Below are positions 14,101-27,356 of a DNA stretch of 64,000 nucleotides, piece after piece. A program made the translations under genes and the position numbers. This DNA comes from the human T2T-CHM13v2.0 reference genome, Homo sapiens, in the NCBI RefSeq assembly GCF_009914755.1, contig NC_060935.1; one strand, given 5' to 3'. The notes under the pieces were generated by a model. It had not been told where the DNA came from and did no database searches. It saw only the letters and a program-made list of their open reading frames with translations. Numbering within the stretch: the first letter of the stretch is position 1; each line of letters starts with the position of its first letter.

Positions 14101-16184
14101 TCCATGAAGGATGCTTCCTCCACTCTGGTGAGTTGGAAGAGAATAGAGAAACCAGAGGTTGGGGGTCAGGAAGTAAGGGGAGAAGGAGGCTTGGTGGGAA
14201 ACTGACATCAAGGTGGCACACAGACCATTTAGGGGCCTTCATAAACCATGCCCTGATGGAGGTCCCAGCTGCACCCCTGGTGGCTCTGCTCCCACAGCTT
14301 TGCATCTGCTAGTCCTCCTCTTTGTTATAGCCACACAAGTACCAGGGGGAGGCACATGCCATGGATTACAAAGTGACCCTTAGGAATGCTGGGAACAGGT
14401 TCACAAGGTGCGTAGGTGCCTGGATGTCTTGGCTTCCTGTGAGGTTGGAGCAGGCTCTGTAGTATGCGATGATGGGACTTAAGTGTTCCCACCCTCTGGG
14501 TATAAATTTTGGGTTGAATGTGGCTCTCTGCTATTTGGTGCTTATCTTCACACCAGCACTCCTTTTTCCTTACCAAGAGCTGCAATTAACACGATTCAGG
14601 CTTTGAGACCAGAAACAGTGGCGGGAATCACTGTGCTCAGCAACATCTGCCTTGCCTCTCCGAGATCTGCTGAGAGGTACAGAAAACTTTAGGATTAGCT
14701 CAGCACATTCAGCCCCACAGCCATTGCTCTGTGCTCTAAGTGTTACACCTTTAGGCTGTAAAACATGCCTAGATAGCCAAAGGGCCACATGGAATATTTC
14801 AATGAAGGAAAATCCTATCTTTAAAGAAGATGCTGCCAGCTACCAGCCTCAGGTGAAGACTGGAAAAATAAACCTTGACAAAAAGGGAATGTTTTTACTG
14901 TATGTAAGAGCACCTTGTTTTTGTGAATGGGGTTCTTGTCTGGATGTCTGAAGATCTTTTGGATATATTTGGAAATTGAAATCTTAATTGTTGGAAACTG
15001 AATAGATAGAAGGGGGAATTGAGAAATGGGCAGACCATCACTTTGCTCTGAGGTATCCTTTGCTCTGTGGTGACACCTCAAGAGTGTCAAAAATCTTGAC
15101 TCATCCAGGGAAGGGCTGTGAATTAACAGAAATGTTTTTGGGGAATAAAAAGGAAGCTTTTAACTCTGTGTTTGCAAATTTACTTACCTCAGCCCAGGAA
15201 GGTTAAATGTAAGTTAATTTGCACTTATATTGGATACAAGGTGAGAGAACTAGAAATTAATTTCTTGAGTTTACTGTGAAATTTTGAACATTTACATATT
15301 CATGCTATAAAGAAGTATTCCCTAGTTAATTTCATGCAAAGTGACAGCTTTTTCAACCTATTTAGCATATCAACAAACCACTTTTATTAGTAATGACAGG
15401 TGTATTAATAACAGGGACAAGATTTCCAGATTTCCTTTTCTTATAAGACCACAACCATTATTAACCCCAAGAACAAAACCAGAATGTCTAGGCATAATGT
15501 GACCAATTGACCCCACAATTTTGAGAAACACAGCCACACACGTTTTATGAGCCTTTTATATGACAAATGTTAAATTTGGATAACCATTTTTCAAATTATA
15601 CATATTTTTCTAAAGATACTTTACAGAAAATGCTTTCCCCCCGTTTGGCAAAAAGGTTCATTCTGTGAGCCCACTGAATTCGTATTAATAATAAAGTACA
15701 TTTCACTATCATATGCTGTTCTCTCATTGGTTCTATCCCATTAACACTTATTCCTGGTTGTAGATTCTGGAGCTTTCTAAAGAGATGGTAAAACCTCTCT
15801 CTAAAGAGATGGTAAATGTTTTAATAAAGTTCTCTTTGGGGGAAAAAGAAGCAAAACTTAGTCTCTTTCCTCAAGATGTTTACAAGCTATTAGAGATAAC
15901 AGATACTTTTAAAAATACATGTTTTTGTTTCTTTTATGGAGTAAATGACAAAACACTGTGGAAACATTATTCTTTCCCGGGGTGTCAGGGAAAGCTTCAC
16001 AGAAGAAAATAATTCAATCTGGTTTTAAAGGGTGATTGGGAGTTTGACAGGTGGAAGGAGGGGCAGGAGGGCATTCTAGTCAGAAGGAGCAGCGTGTAGA
16101 GTGGTGCAGAGGCTTCAGAGACTGATGTATTTGAACACGTATTTGTCTTGTGTGTGGGACATTTAAAGAATTTTGTGTATGTAT

Positions 16185-17160
16185 CTTTTATTTTTTATTG
16201 CATACATTTAAGGTATACAGTGTGATGTTTTGATATACATATGCATAGTGAAATGATTACTGTAGTCAGTATATTAACATATTCCTCACTGCACAATTAC
16301 CTTTTGTTTGTTTGTTTGTTTTTTGAGACAGAGTCTCGCTCTGTAGCCCAGTCTGGAGTGCAGTGGTGCCATCTCGGCGAGCTTGCCCGCTAATTTTTTT
16401 TTGTATTTTTAGTAAAGACGGGGTTTCACTGTGGTCTCGATCTCCTGACCTCGTGATCCTCCCGCTTAGGCCTCCCAAAGTGCTGGCATTACAGGCGTAA
16501 GCCACCGTGCCTGGCCACAATTACCTTTTTAATTGAGGTAGAATACCTAAAATCTAGTCTCTCAGCAAATTTTCCATATACAATATTAACTATAGTTCTC
16601 ATGCTGTACATTAGCTCTCTAGACATTCATCCAATAGAACTGCAAGTTTGTACCCTTTGACCTACACCTCCCTGTTTTCTCTTCCTCCCAGCCTGGATAA
16701 CTACCATTCTACCCTGTTTCTATGTGTAGTTTTTAAGTTCCATATATAAGTGAGATCAAGCAATATTTTTCTTTCAGTATTATTTCTTTCCTTCAATATT
16801 GTTATTTTACTTAGCGTAACGTCCTCCAGGTTCACCCATGTTATTGCAAATATAGCAGCATCTCCTTTTGTAAGGCTGAATGATATTCCATTGTACATAT
16901 ATACTGCAAATTATTTATCTGTTCATCTATTGATGGGCACTTATGTTGTTTCTCTGTCTTGGCTATTGTGAATAATGCTGCAGTGAGCATGAGAATGCAG
17001 ATATCTCTATGAAGTGCTGATTTCATTTCCTTTGGGATACTCAGCAGAGGGATTGCTGGGTCATATGGTAGTTCTGTTTTTAGGGGAACTGCCATACTGT
17101 TTTCCATAATGGCTGTACCAACTTACATTCCCACCAAGAGTGTATGAGAGTTCCCTTTGT
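16185..17160 (-). mobile_element. L1MA-type 3' fragment, interrupted by an Alu
   Basis: Reverse strand encodes the ORF2 C-terminus (ELPYDPAIPLLSIPKEMKS; AALFTIAK) followed by an L1MA-type 3'UTR. Confidence 0.8.
16306..16516 (-). mobile_element. AluY of Yd-lineage type with an internally deleted right arm
   Basis: Perfect TSD acaattacctttt at 16293-16305 / 16517-16529. Left arm reads gagatcgagaccacagtgaaacccc (12-bp deletion). About 85 bp of the right arm is missing. Confidence 0.8.
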
Positions 17161-18280
17161 GTGTGAAAATATTACCATCTCCTCATTTTTAGCAGGCACC
17201 TATATATAATGATGACTTCCAAATTGAGCATCTTTCTTACAGATCTCGCTCCTTCATAGGTGGTGTTGTATACTTTACATTGCATCAAATCATGTAGGAC
17301 ATAATGACCAGTTGTCCTGCTGTTACAAAGCTTTAAAATTAATAAAGCTAAGTTTGAGCAGTGGATTCAGAAGTGACAGCCTGCTATATCCATAGTAAAG
17401 TTCCAATCAAACCTTTTAAAAAAGTTCATTCACTGATGATCTCTGCCTTATTTACTTATTTGAGTAGAAGTTTTTAAATGGTGCTTTCCTAATTCTGTCG
17501 TTCTTTCTGTATTCATTAGCTGTAATTCTTCCAAAAAGAAGAAATTTCCTTTATCTATTAGGGTTATTGATTTTCTCTTTAACAGGAAAGAGGATAAATG
17601 TTCATATATTTCCCTTTTGTTGCCAATTTTCAAAATAAGGGTTTACCCAACTCCACTTACGACACATGAGAGATTTTGCTTTTATTCTTGCATGTCTCTT
17701 TTTGTATTGCTATGACCTCATGGATTTTATATATTATGTATTTCAATTAACTGCAGTCATTAGTCTTTTTGATGCTAAAACTAATCTATCTATGGCCAAT
17801 GAAGAGACTCCTTTGGGTTACCTCCTCTGTTCCATGATATGATTCCATTTGTCTTTGATTATTTGCTTTCTGGCATAACAAGATGTCCAGGCTCATGGTA
17901 TACATATTTTCTGTTCCAGTCCTGGAATCAGCCTTCCCTTCAAGGATGCCTCTTTTCTTTTATTGAGGAAGGGTTCTTAGACATCACAGTTAGGGTGCTC
18001 GGAGTGATTATTGCTAATGGGTTATCATTGCTCCTAGGCCTTTTCAATAGACAGAGCTAGGAAATATCTATATTGGAAATAGAAAGCATCATGAATTTGT
18101 ACAGATATTTTCAAATCAGCTTAATAACATGGCTTTTAAAAAACTTTTTTAATATTTTAAACGAGCATCAGAACCAGGCATGGTATAGTCATTCTTCATG
18201 AATGATTCTCTTGGTTTTGCATCCCTTATCAGTTGTCATTGTCCTTACATAGCCTTCCTCCCCAAACAGATTCTTTTAAA

Positions 18281-18286
18281 TTTATT
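18281..18286 (-). terminator. NXPE1: Probable NXPE1 polyadenylation signal AATAAA
   Basis: tttatt on the + strand, about 97 nt after the TAA stop. Confidence 0.65.
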
Positions 18287-18382
18287 TTCCTTAGTTCCTA
18301 AAATGAGTAAAACTTACTTTACAATACATGTGGGATTATGTGCAGAGATTGGTTCCTAGTGATTTTGTATAGTATTTATCCC

Positions 18383-18967
<585 letters not shown>

Positions 18968-19293
18968 TCATGAAAAAGAATGTCCTATCATTTAAAATAC
19001 CCACCCCACCTAGATAATTGCTCACTGGAGCCTTTCTACTCTCTAGGGTACAGTACCCCCAGTTCATACATGTAAAATGTCAATCAAAAATGTAAAGTTT
19101 TCACTGGAATTTTAAAAGAAGACCAACATTTCTTATGAAAGAAGGAATAAAATACATTTTAAATGTAAAGGTTCAAATCCAGAGAGCCAAATGAAGTAAA
19201 AAACAAAATAGCTCAAACGAGAGAATAGAGACCTCATTAAAAGTACTTTAAAACCAGCCTGAATTTCTAAGAGAATATAAAGTAACTACCTAC

Positions 19294-19506
19294 TTTTTAC
19301 AACTTTGGGGAAGTAGTAGATCCACTGACGTAGTGTAGAGTCTCCCAGGAGGTAAATGAGTTTGCCTTTCAAACAGCCATTTATCTTAATTGTGTCTAAC
19401 TGAACCTGGTTGCAAAATGTTGTTATCCATTTTCCTTGTAAAGTATAACCACCAGGGACAGGAGGCTTCATTCCAACTTGGCATGTCTCTTCTATTTTTT
19501 CTCTCT
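19294..19506 (-). CDS. NXPE1: NXPE1 coding exon 4 (aa 299-370; GDS catalytic serine)
   Basis: ttaccag|AG ... AAAA|gtaggt, 213 nt, phase 1-1. Encodes CLKGKLIYLLGDSTLRQW. G353 at 19343-19345, S355 at 19337-19339. Confidence 0.97.
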
Positions 19507-20294
19507 CTGGTAACAAAGACACTCGTAAATGATTTTATTGGCAAAACTTAGACATCTAGCCTTCTTTCCTGGTCTTTCATTTTCTTGCTCTCTTTCCCCC
19601 TTCCTGTAATGCCTATTTCCTTTTTCTGTCCCTTTCTAGTCCTATTCTTTGATCATTAGCTTTGCTTCAGGCACTTCTGCTTATTCCTTTAAGAGATTTT
19701 GAGTCATCTTGCCTTCTGTCTAATTCCTTTCCTCCTAAATTTGGTCATGAGCTAAATCTTGACGTTCTATCCTTTCTTTGACGTTCTATCCTTTTTTCCT
19801 GACTCTGTGGTGACTTCTGTCTTTGTCTCTTACCCAAATGATGTTAGTGGTCTGCCAGTTGGTGCCGCTGTATAAAATTCTTTACCTTTGTTTCATTAAT
19901 GAAGGAATGAATAATCTTAATTTTTCCGTGTTCAAAAAATGGCTTAAAATATGTACATTAAATATAAAAACCTCAAATAGTATAATAGTCACCTAGCTTG
20001 ACAATTTTTTGTAAAACCAGACTTTGCTAAAAGCAACATGCAACATCCAATACAAACCAATATTCTGAGATAATCCAGGAAGTTTCACTAGAGTTTCAGG
20101 CTCTGTTTGCACATGGTCTGCCTTCTATTACAGGTAGGTAGCAGTGAAGCAAATGTCTTGTTATGGCATAACAAAGGGCATCCAATTTCTCCTGTCATGT
20201 TTCCTTACCACTCTCTATGCTGCCATCCCATCACTGAGCCAATGCCTTGTATTTTAGGATTTGTTATATCAGGACTTCTATACTGATACTACGT

Positions 20295-20750
20295 TCTGTA
20301 TGAGATAGGAAACCAGTTTGAATGCTGTAAGAAAGACCAAGATAATAATGACTTAAAAATAAAAGATTATTTCTGTCTCACATAACAGGCCTGGAGTGAG
20401 AAGGCCAGGGCTAATATGCCATTGCATGGTGTCAGGGACTCTTGTTCCTTCTATGTTGTGGCTATGACATTCTTACTGTGTGGCTTTAATCTCATGGTCT
20501 AACTTGGCTCTTGCTGTTCTCACATTATATCTAAAGTTCGGCTAGTAGTAAGGGAAGAAATGGATAGGGAGGGCCAGTTGTTTTGCTTTTAAAGCATGAC
20601 CTAGAAGTTTCCCACTTGCACTTCTGGAAAAAACTTAGTCATGGCCACAACTAGATATAAGAAAGGATAGCCATGGGTCTAGCCACAACTGGTTTCTATT
20701 ACTAAAGAAGGAGAAGGCAGTGAGTATTGGGGAACCATCAGCAGTTTCTG
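20295..20750. mobile_element. Old MaLR (MLT1-type) LTR fragment
   Basis: aataatgacttaaaaataaaagattatttctgtctcacataac...cttagtcatggccacaactag resembles MLT1 consensus. Confidence 0.45.
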
Positions 20751-21129
20751 CTTTACCCTCCTTGCTTAGTTCCTCAGAGGCCTTGCAGTCTCTGGCTGCC
20801 TATGTCCACAGAATAGTGCATCATTACATGGTTGTATTGTATTTGTAACCTATGGACAAAGTGGTAAAATGGTGCTGGTGGCAGAATTGGAAAGTGCACT
20901 TGGAATAGCTCTTAAGTCCTGGTGATTTGGCTTACTAAAGGGAGTTTGTATAATCCTATAATTATGTTGGAATTACAGTGTGATATTGATGGGTTTCTAT
21001 GAGGCTTGATAGCATTGCACCCTAGATGATTGAATACCATGACCCTGGAAACTTGAGATTCATAGTTATTAAGTATTCTTTATCCTAATAATGTACTGGC
21101 ACACTTTGCTGAGAACATAGCCTTTAAGT

Positions 21130-21692
21130 GTATTGTTGTAAACCCTATGTTGTGTAATCTTTATGTGTCAGGTATTCATTTTGCCACGTCTCAAACTTAT
21201 AACAAATTTGCTTATGATTACTCTTACATGTTTATTTTACTTAATAGTTTTAGAATAAGCTTGAGCATTTTGAACAGTATGTGGGTAATAATATCAGGAT
21301 TCTGTATATCAGGCAAAAGCAACTCCATTTTAGATGCTAATCTGCTATGTTGGCTCCTGATTAACCCCGGTTTATCTAGTGTTTCTTGTATAACAGCAGA
21401 TAATTATGGTAAATCTTGCCCGTAGGTCAAACAGCCTTGGTGGTATTGTACTTCAATTGTCCTGTACATCCCATCTGAACCACCCTTCCCTTATGCTCTG
21501 TAAGCCCTAGATCTGGGGGTAATGGTGTGGAGATCCACCATCTTGTCTCAACAATGGAGACATAAACATGGCTTCTGCTTGTAAGTCCCTACTAAATGTT
21601 TCGAGAAACTGGATGTGTCAGACTCTTTTTTGGCCTCTCAGCTTCCTCAAACTTTGGGAGTAGGTTTGCATAGACCTGCCCACTGAGAAATA
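21130..21692 (+). mobile_element. ERV1 LTR, MER34-like
   Basis: 3' end gagaaactggatgtgtcag...ggcctctcagcttcctc...gtaggtttgcatagacctgcccac. The 5' boundary is approximate. Confidence 0.65.
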
Positions 21693-21714
21693 GATTCCAT
21701 TATATTTTTTATTA

Positions 21715-22752
21715 GATAGGGAGACTAATAGTCCCCCAAAGATATCCACATCCTAATTCTTAAAACCTGTGAATATGTTGAAGCAGAAGATATAAAAAGA
21801 AAAACAAGTTTTCCTGTACTAGGCTGACCCACTCTAAGACCCAGGGAAGGGCAGGGCTCTGATGAGGCTTTGGTAGCATTATCTGCAGAGCCGGGTCCCA
21901 GAAGGGATGGGCTTCAGAGTCTCTCCCTCCCATCCCAAAGCAAGGTTGGGAAAAACAAGTTTTTCTCATTCAGCTTCCCCCTTCCCCCCTTACTATTCTT
22001 AAAATTATCTTTGCAAGTTTTGTAAGTGCCTGTTTTTCCCTTCTGTGCAGCACAGTGAAGGTCACAACATATGCCTGAGTTGCAACACCTGGCTTGAGTT
22101 GTAAAACCTGTCACTGTTTGATAAACTGCCTTTGTTCTGCTTCTGTAAGCTTGCTTGCCCGCCCTGTAGGTTTTGCACCATTTAGTGAAGTGTATATTCA
22201 AGCTAGCCAATACCCTTTCAGGTACATGTATAAGAGTCAAGCCCTGTCTTTGTTCGGGGCTCAGCCTTTGGAAGTTAATCCACTGGGCAGGTAGCCACCT
22301 AAATAAAATCCTCTTATTCCATCCATTGGTCTCTCCTGTCCCTTAATTCCCACAACAATGTTGCCTTTTCCAGTTATGACCAGGGTATGGCCTTTGAGAT
22401 GGAGAGACTATCCTGGATTACATGGGTAGGCCCAATCTAATGTCATTGGTCCTCAAAAGTGGAAGAGGGAGGCAGAAGAGTGGGTCAAAGATGTGACAGG
22501 AAAACTTGACCCTCTGCTGTGGCTTTGAAGATAGAGGAAGAGGGCTGCAAGGAATGTGGGCAGCCTTAAAAACCTGGAATAAGCAAAGGAACAGATTCTC
22601 CCCTGGAGCCTCCAGGAAGGAACATGCTCCTGCTCTACCTTGGGATTAGCTCAATGAGACCAGCATTGGACATCTGGACTACAGACTATAAGATGATATA
22701 TTTTTGTTTTTTAAAGCCACTTTATTATAGCAGCAATAAGAAAATGATACAT
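21715..22752 (+). mobile_element. MLT1D-like MaLR LTR split by a younger solo LTR
   Basis: cccccaaagatatccacatcctaatt...acctgtgaatatgt, resuming at 22358 with gagatggagagactatcctggatta...ttattatagcagcaataagaaaatgataca. Confidence 0.75.
21779..22357 (+). mobile_element. ERV1-class solo LTR (579 bp)
   Basis: TG...CA termini, 4-bp TSD atgt (21775-21778 / 22358-22361), TATA-like tataag near 22229 and AATAAA at 22302-22307. Confidence 0.8.
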
Positions 22753-23124
22753 AGACAACTGACATTCTTTTAAATATAAAATCATCCCATCTAGAGACAG
22801 TATTTTTTCCTTCTATTTATATGAATTTTATTTTATATTCCTTAGTGACATTTTAAATTGCCTTTCTGCAGATCATGCTTTTGTTAAATTGTGAATTTGC
22901 ATTTTAAACCACAAAGTGGATCATACCACTCTCTTCCTCAGTTGGTTTCTGTGGCTTTCAAGTCTACTGAATAATCACTGAAATCCTCAGCATGACACTT
23001 GAGAACCTTCATGATTAGGTTCTTCCTCTCTTTCTAGGCTTATCCTCTGCTGCATTCCACAATATGCTCACCCCATTGGCCTATTGAAGAAGTCCATGAT
23101 GACTTTGCTCATGACGGGAATTAT

Positions 23125-23323
23125 CAGGTAAAAAGAGTTAGATAAAAAATACAGGACACCGTATTAAATTTGTATTACTTCTAACAAGGAATAATTTTTT
23201 AGTGTAAGTATGGTCCATGCAATATTTTCCCCTTTTCTCAATGTATATATGACAGGCAATTAGAAATTACTCATATTCATTTGATTCCCTGTATTATTAT
23301 TTGCTTAAATCCAGCAACACTAC
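23125..23323. mobile_element. MER3/MER33-like hAT-Charlie DNA transposon remnant
   Basis: agataaaaaatacaggacacc...ataattttttagtgtaagtatggtcc...aaatccagcaacacta. Confidence 0.5.
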
Positions 23324-23543
23324 CCATGATCTTTATGAGGTTTCTCTTCTTCATTCTCTGACTACACGTATCCTTCAGGACTCAGTCAAATACCAACTTT
23401 AACATAAGCTCTTTTGCCTCTTTACTGTCTTCATAGAGTTCGTAGATTGAATGTCTTTCACATTGCAAGCTAACTGAGCATTTACTTTTCTCCATTTGTC
23501 CATAATGCCTGATATCTATTCAGTGCTCAGTAAATGTTTGCTG

Positions 23544-23648
23544 ATCCTTTTGTAGTTCAGAATCATGATGATTGGGTTTTCATGCTCATGTGTGAGATGT
23601 GCCTCCCTCAAACCTTGTTATGACATCAGCACATTACCCATATGATGT
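23544..23648 (+). pseudogene. U13 snoRNA (SNORD13) retropseudogene
   Basis: atccttttgtagttca...tgatgattgggt...tgtgtgagatgtgcc...aaccttgttatgac...gcacattaccc matches U13 end to end. Followed by an A-rich tail, with degenerate TSD taaatgtttgctg / taaacatttgtgg. Box D is mutated. Confidence 0.88.
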
Positions 23649-24254
23649 GAGGAAAAATAAATAAATAAACATTTGTGGAATAAATGAATAAATGGTGGCA
23701 ATAAATTATTATGAGTTGAAGTAAGTATCATGATGGATGTTATCGGTAAACTAAGATAGACTTTATAAAAAGTTGTTTTAAAGCTAAGGTAGTATAAATA
23801 TTCTTTCATAAGTAACAGGGCTTTGTGTTTGTCTTTAAAACATATAATCAGATGAAAGCTCCATATAAAATTGGTAATTGCATCAACTAAATGTTAGGGG
23901 GTTATGCCAACAGAGAGTTAGGAAACCAAAACCGAAAGTGTTCCTATTCTGAAGCTGTAGATATCCGTCCTTCAAAGACATTTGCACAGTGCCTAAGACT
24001 CTAGGAGATGAACTCTCAGGTTTAAACACGAATGTAGATACTAATACTTTCTCCTTTTGGATATATCAAGATGTAATCTCCTATAAACATTTTGAAATCA
24101 TTTCCTTGAGTTCATTTCTCCCTTTAAAGTCCAGCATGATTGACATCATAGACATCTGCTAGGAATTGTGCTCCAGGAGAACTACAATTATTTAGGTTAA
24201 TGCTGATAAAAGTTTCCTCTGAGCATCACCTAACTCAGGACAGAGCCAACTTAC

Positions 24255-24316
24255 TGTTACAATTAGTGACATCAATGTGTTTACGATCCTTCATCATTTC
24301 AACTCCCACTTTGGAC
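24255..24316 (-). CDS. NXPE1: NXPE1 coding exon 3 (62 nt; SKVGVEMMKDRKHIDVTNCN)
   Basis: ttttttttttgaag|G ... AACA|gtaagt. Phase 2-1 exactly bridges the flanking exons. Too short for the ORF track. Confidence 0.95.
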
Positions 24317-26588
24317 CTTCAAAAAAAAAATAGAACAATAAATTAGCCTGCTCTCTGCCCATGTAACACAGGTGAATCATCTGCTTGTGAGTGAAGGAAA
24401 ATTTTTAGTTTTCTATAACTGGAAGCTGTTATTATTGTTGTAAATTTTAGATATATTGGGTATTGTAAATGAGTGAGGATTTTGGAAGACTTTCTACCCT
24501 GCTGAGAGCACCTGAAGTCCAAAGCAGCTCTACCGATCTGCCACATGTAATCAGTGTGTCCTGGAATTTTAGATTCAAAATATTTATCTAATTTACAAGT
24601 TCTCTTCTCTCTTTCTGCTTCCACATCTCCTATTCAAGTTTGCAGAATAGTTTCCTTGGATTACTGTGAGCCTCTAATTGGTCATGCAAGTCTCAGTTTT
24701 ATCCCACCTAAATTTTTCAATACGACTGCCAGAGCACCCTTTCTCATTGCAAATCCAACTGCACTACTGCTTACATCCCTTTATTGTCTCCCCATCATGT
24801 ACCCAAGGAATCCAGCCTTTTTGGGTGGCAGGTAGACCTTTTATCAGAGGGCCTCTGCTTCATTTTTAATCCACATTTCCTGCTATGATTACCTTTGACT
24901 TTTCTGACAAACTTGCTTTCTGAAGATCATAAGCTTTATGAAGGAAGGTAATGTGTGTGTCTGGTCCACTGCTGTATCCTTAATATCTATCAAAGTGACT
25001 GGCAGAAAGTAGTGTTGAATCCGATGTGTTAATAAATGTACCTTACATTTCTTTCCTCCAATTGATGAAAGATCACTCTTCCTGCTTGAAAGCTCTTACT
25101 CACACTTTGTTTCAAACCTCTGTATATGGCCATGAAAGTGGAGGAAGGAAGAAAGGGATTAAGGGGAGAATGAGGACCCAGGTGCCAAGTATAACAGATA
25201 TAAGTGGTACCTGATTTCCTGCTATAGATGTCTCTCCAGGTGCCATCCTGAGAAGAGAAAGGATCAGCATGTTTTCATCCTTACTAGGATTTAGGCATAA
25301 GGATGGTTGATGGGTAGGAAGAGATTTGATGAGATGTACCATCAGAGATAAAAGGGAGGGAACAGAAACTTAACTGTGCTTTTACTTTTCAGAAGGGAGC
25401 CAGGGACTATAGATCAGGAGCCAAAACTTGGATAATGAGGTAAGATTCTGGAATGCATGTTATTTTGTCATGTTTGGTGCCTACTCTTAGCATATTTTTT
25501 TTGAAAGCTTATGGAAAAAAGACTCTAAACTTGACTTTGAAAACTGCTAGAAAGGGATTTCTGTGAACCTAGCATTCTACTCTGTCACCAAGCTGAGGAA
25601 AAATAAATCTTCGTGGGGGAAAATAAAAGGGTACTGGCAGAATTGAAAGAGAAAAGGAAATGGACTGAGCCTCTGAGACTTATGCAAAGTTAGCAAATGA
25701 GCAAAAGTCTCTGGAACTGATAGAAGTCTTAGGGCTTGGCTCACAGTTCTGGGATTTGTGATAACAGATAGTTATCCTTTGCAAATCCTCAAAGTAGCCC
25801 ATGAAGGAACCCTGATGTTTCATTCTAATCAACAAAGTGGTTTTCAGGTTAGTGGATAACAGGGAAACCAGGAAGTGAGCCTCTGTGAGTCGGGGGAGAA
25901 AAGCATGGCATTGCCACAGCCATGATTGATAGAGGAAACATGCTTCCATCCCAGTTTGTGGAGGCCTGTTGAACCAGGGGTTTGCAGGAATCACTAGGTC
26001 ACAACATGAGGAGTAAGAAGGACTCCTCCACCCTGAGAGGTATATACTGAGGAATATCTGATCATGGGATCAACTGGAGAAAACCAGTAGGAATTGGCTT
26101 TTTAGAAAGATCACTCAGTGTAGAGAATGGATTAGAGAGGGTATGACTGCTGGGAGAGAGACCAGTTGGGAAGCTGGTATGGGTAATCTAGATAAGATGA
26201 TGATGGTCTGAACTTGAATAGCAGCACTGTGCGTGGGGGGAAATGGATCAACGCAAAGATATTTAAGGGGCAAAATTAACAAAATATGATATGGGAGGTG
26301 AAGGAGCATGGATGTTATCATACACTTATCAAGGAATCTTTTTTTCAGTGGAACATCTGTGAACACATAGAAGAACGGTTATAGCAAAACACATGACTGA
26401 ATGGGACAATATAGTGAAAATGCAAACTTTGGCCTAGAGTGGTGAGTAGAGGCCCCAAGAAGACACCACATGTCTTACCTTGAGTACAGGAGGCCTCTGA
26501 GTCATGCTCAATGTTGCAATGGGCAATGTAGCTCTGACTGGGGCACTTCTCAGGGGACACTTCTCAGTATACATGAAAAGTATACTCA

Positions 26589-27356
<768 letters not shown>

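Noticed and set aside
23544-23648. Functional link between U13 (guide for rRNA cytidine acetylation) and the host acetyltransferase gene
   Set aside because: Coincidence: U13 retrocopies are numerous, and this one is antisense with a mutated box D
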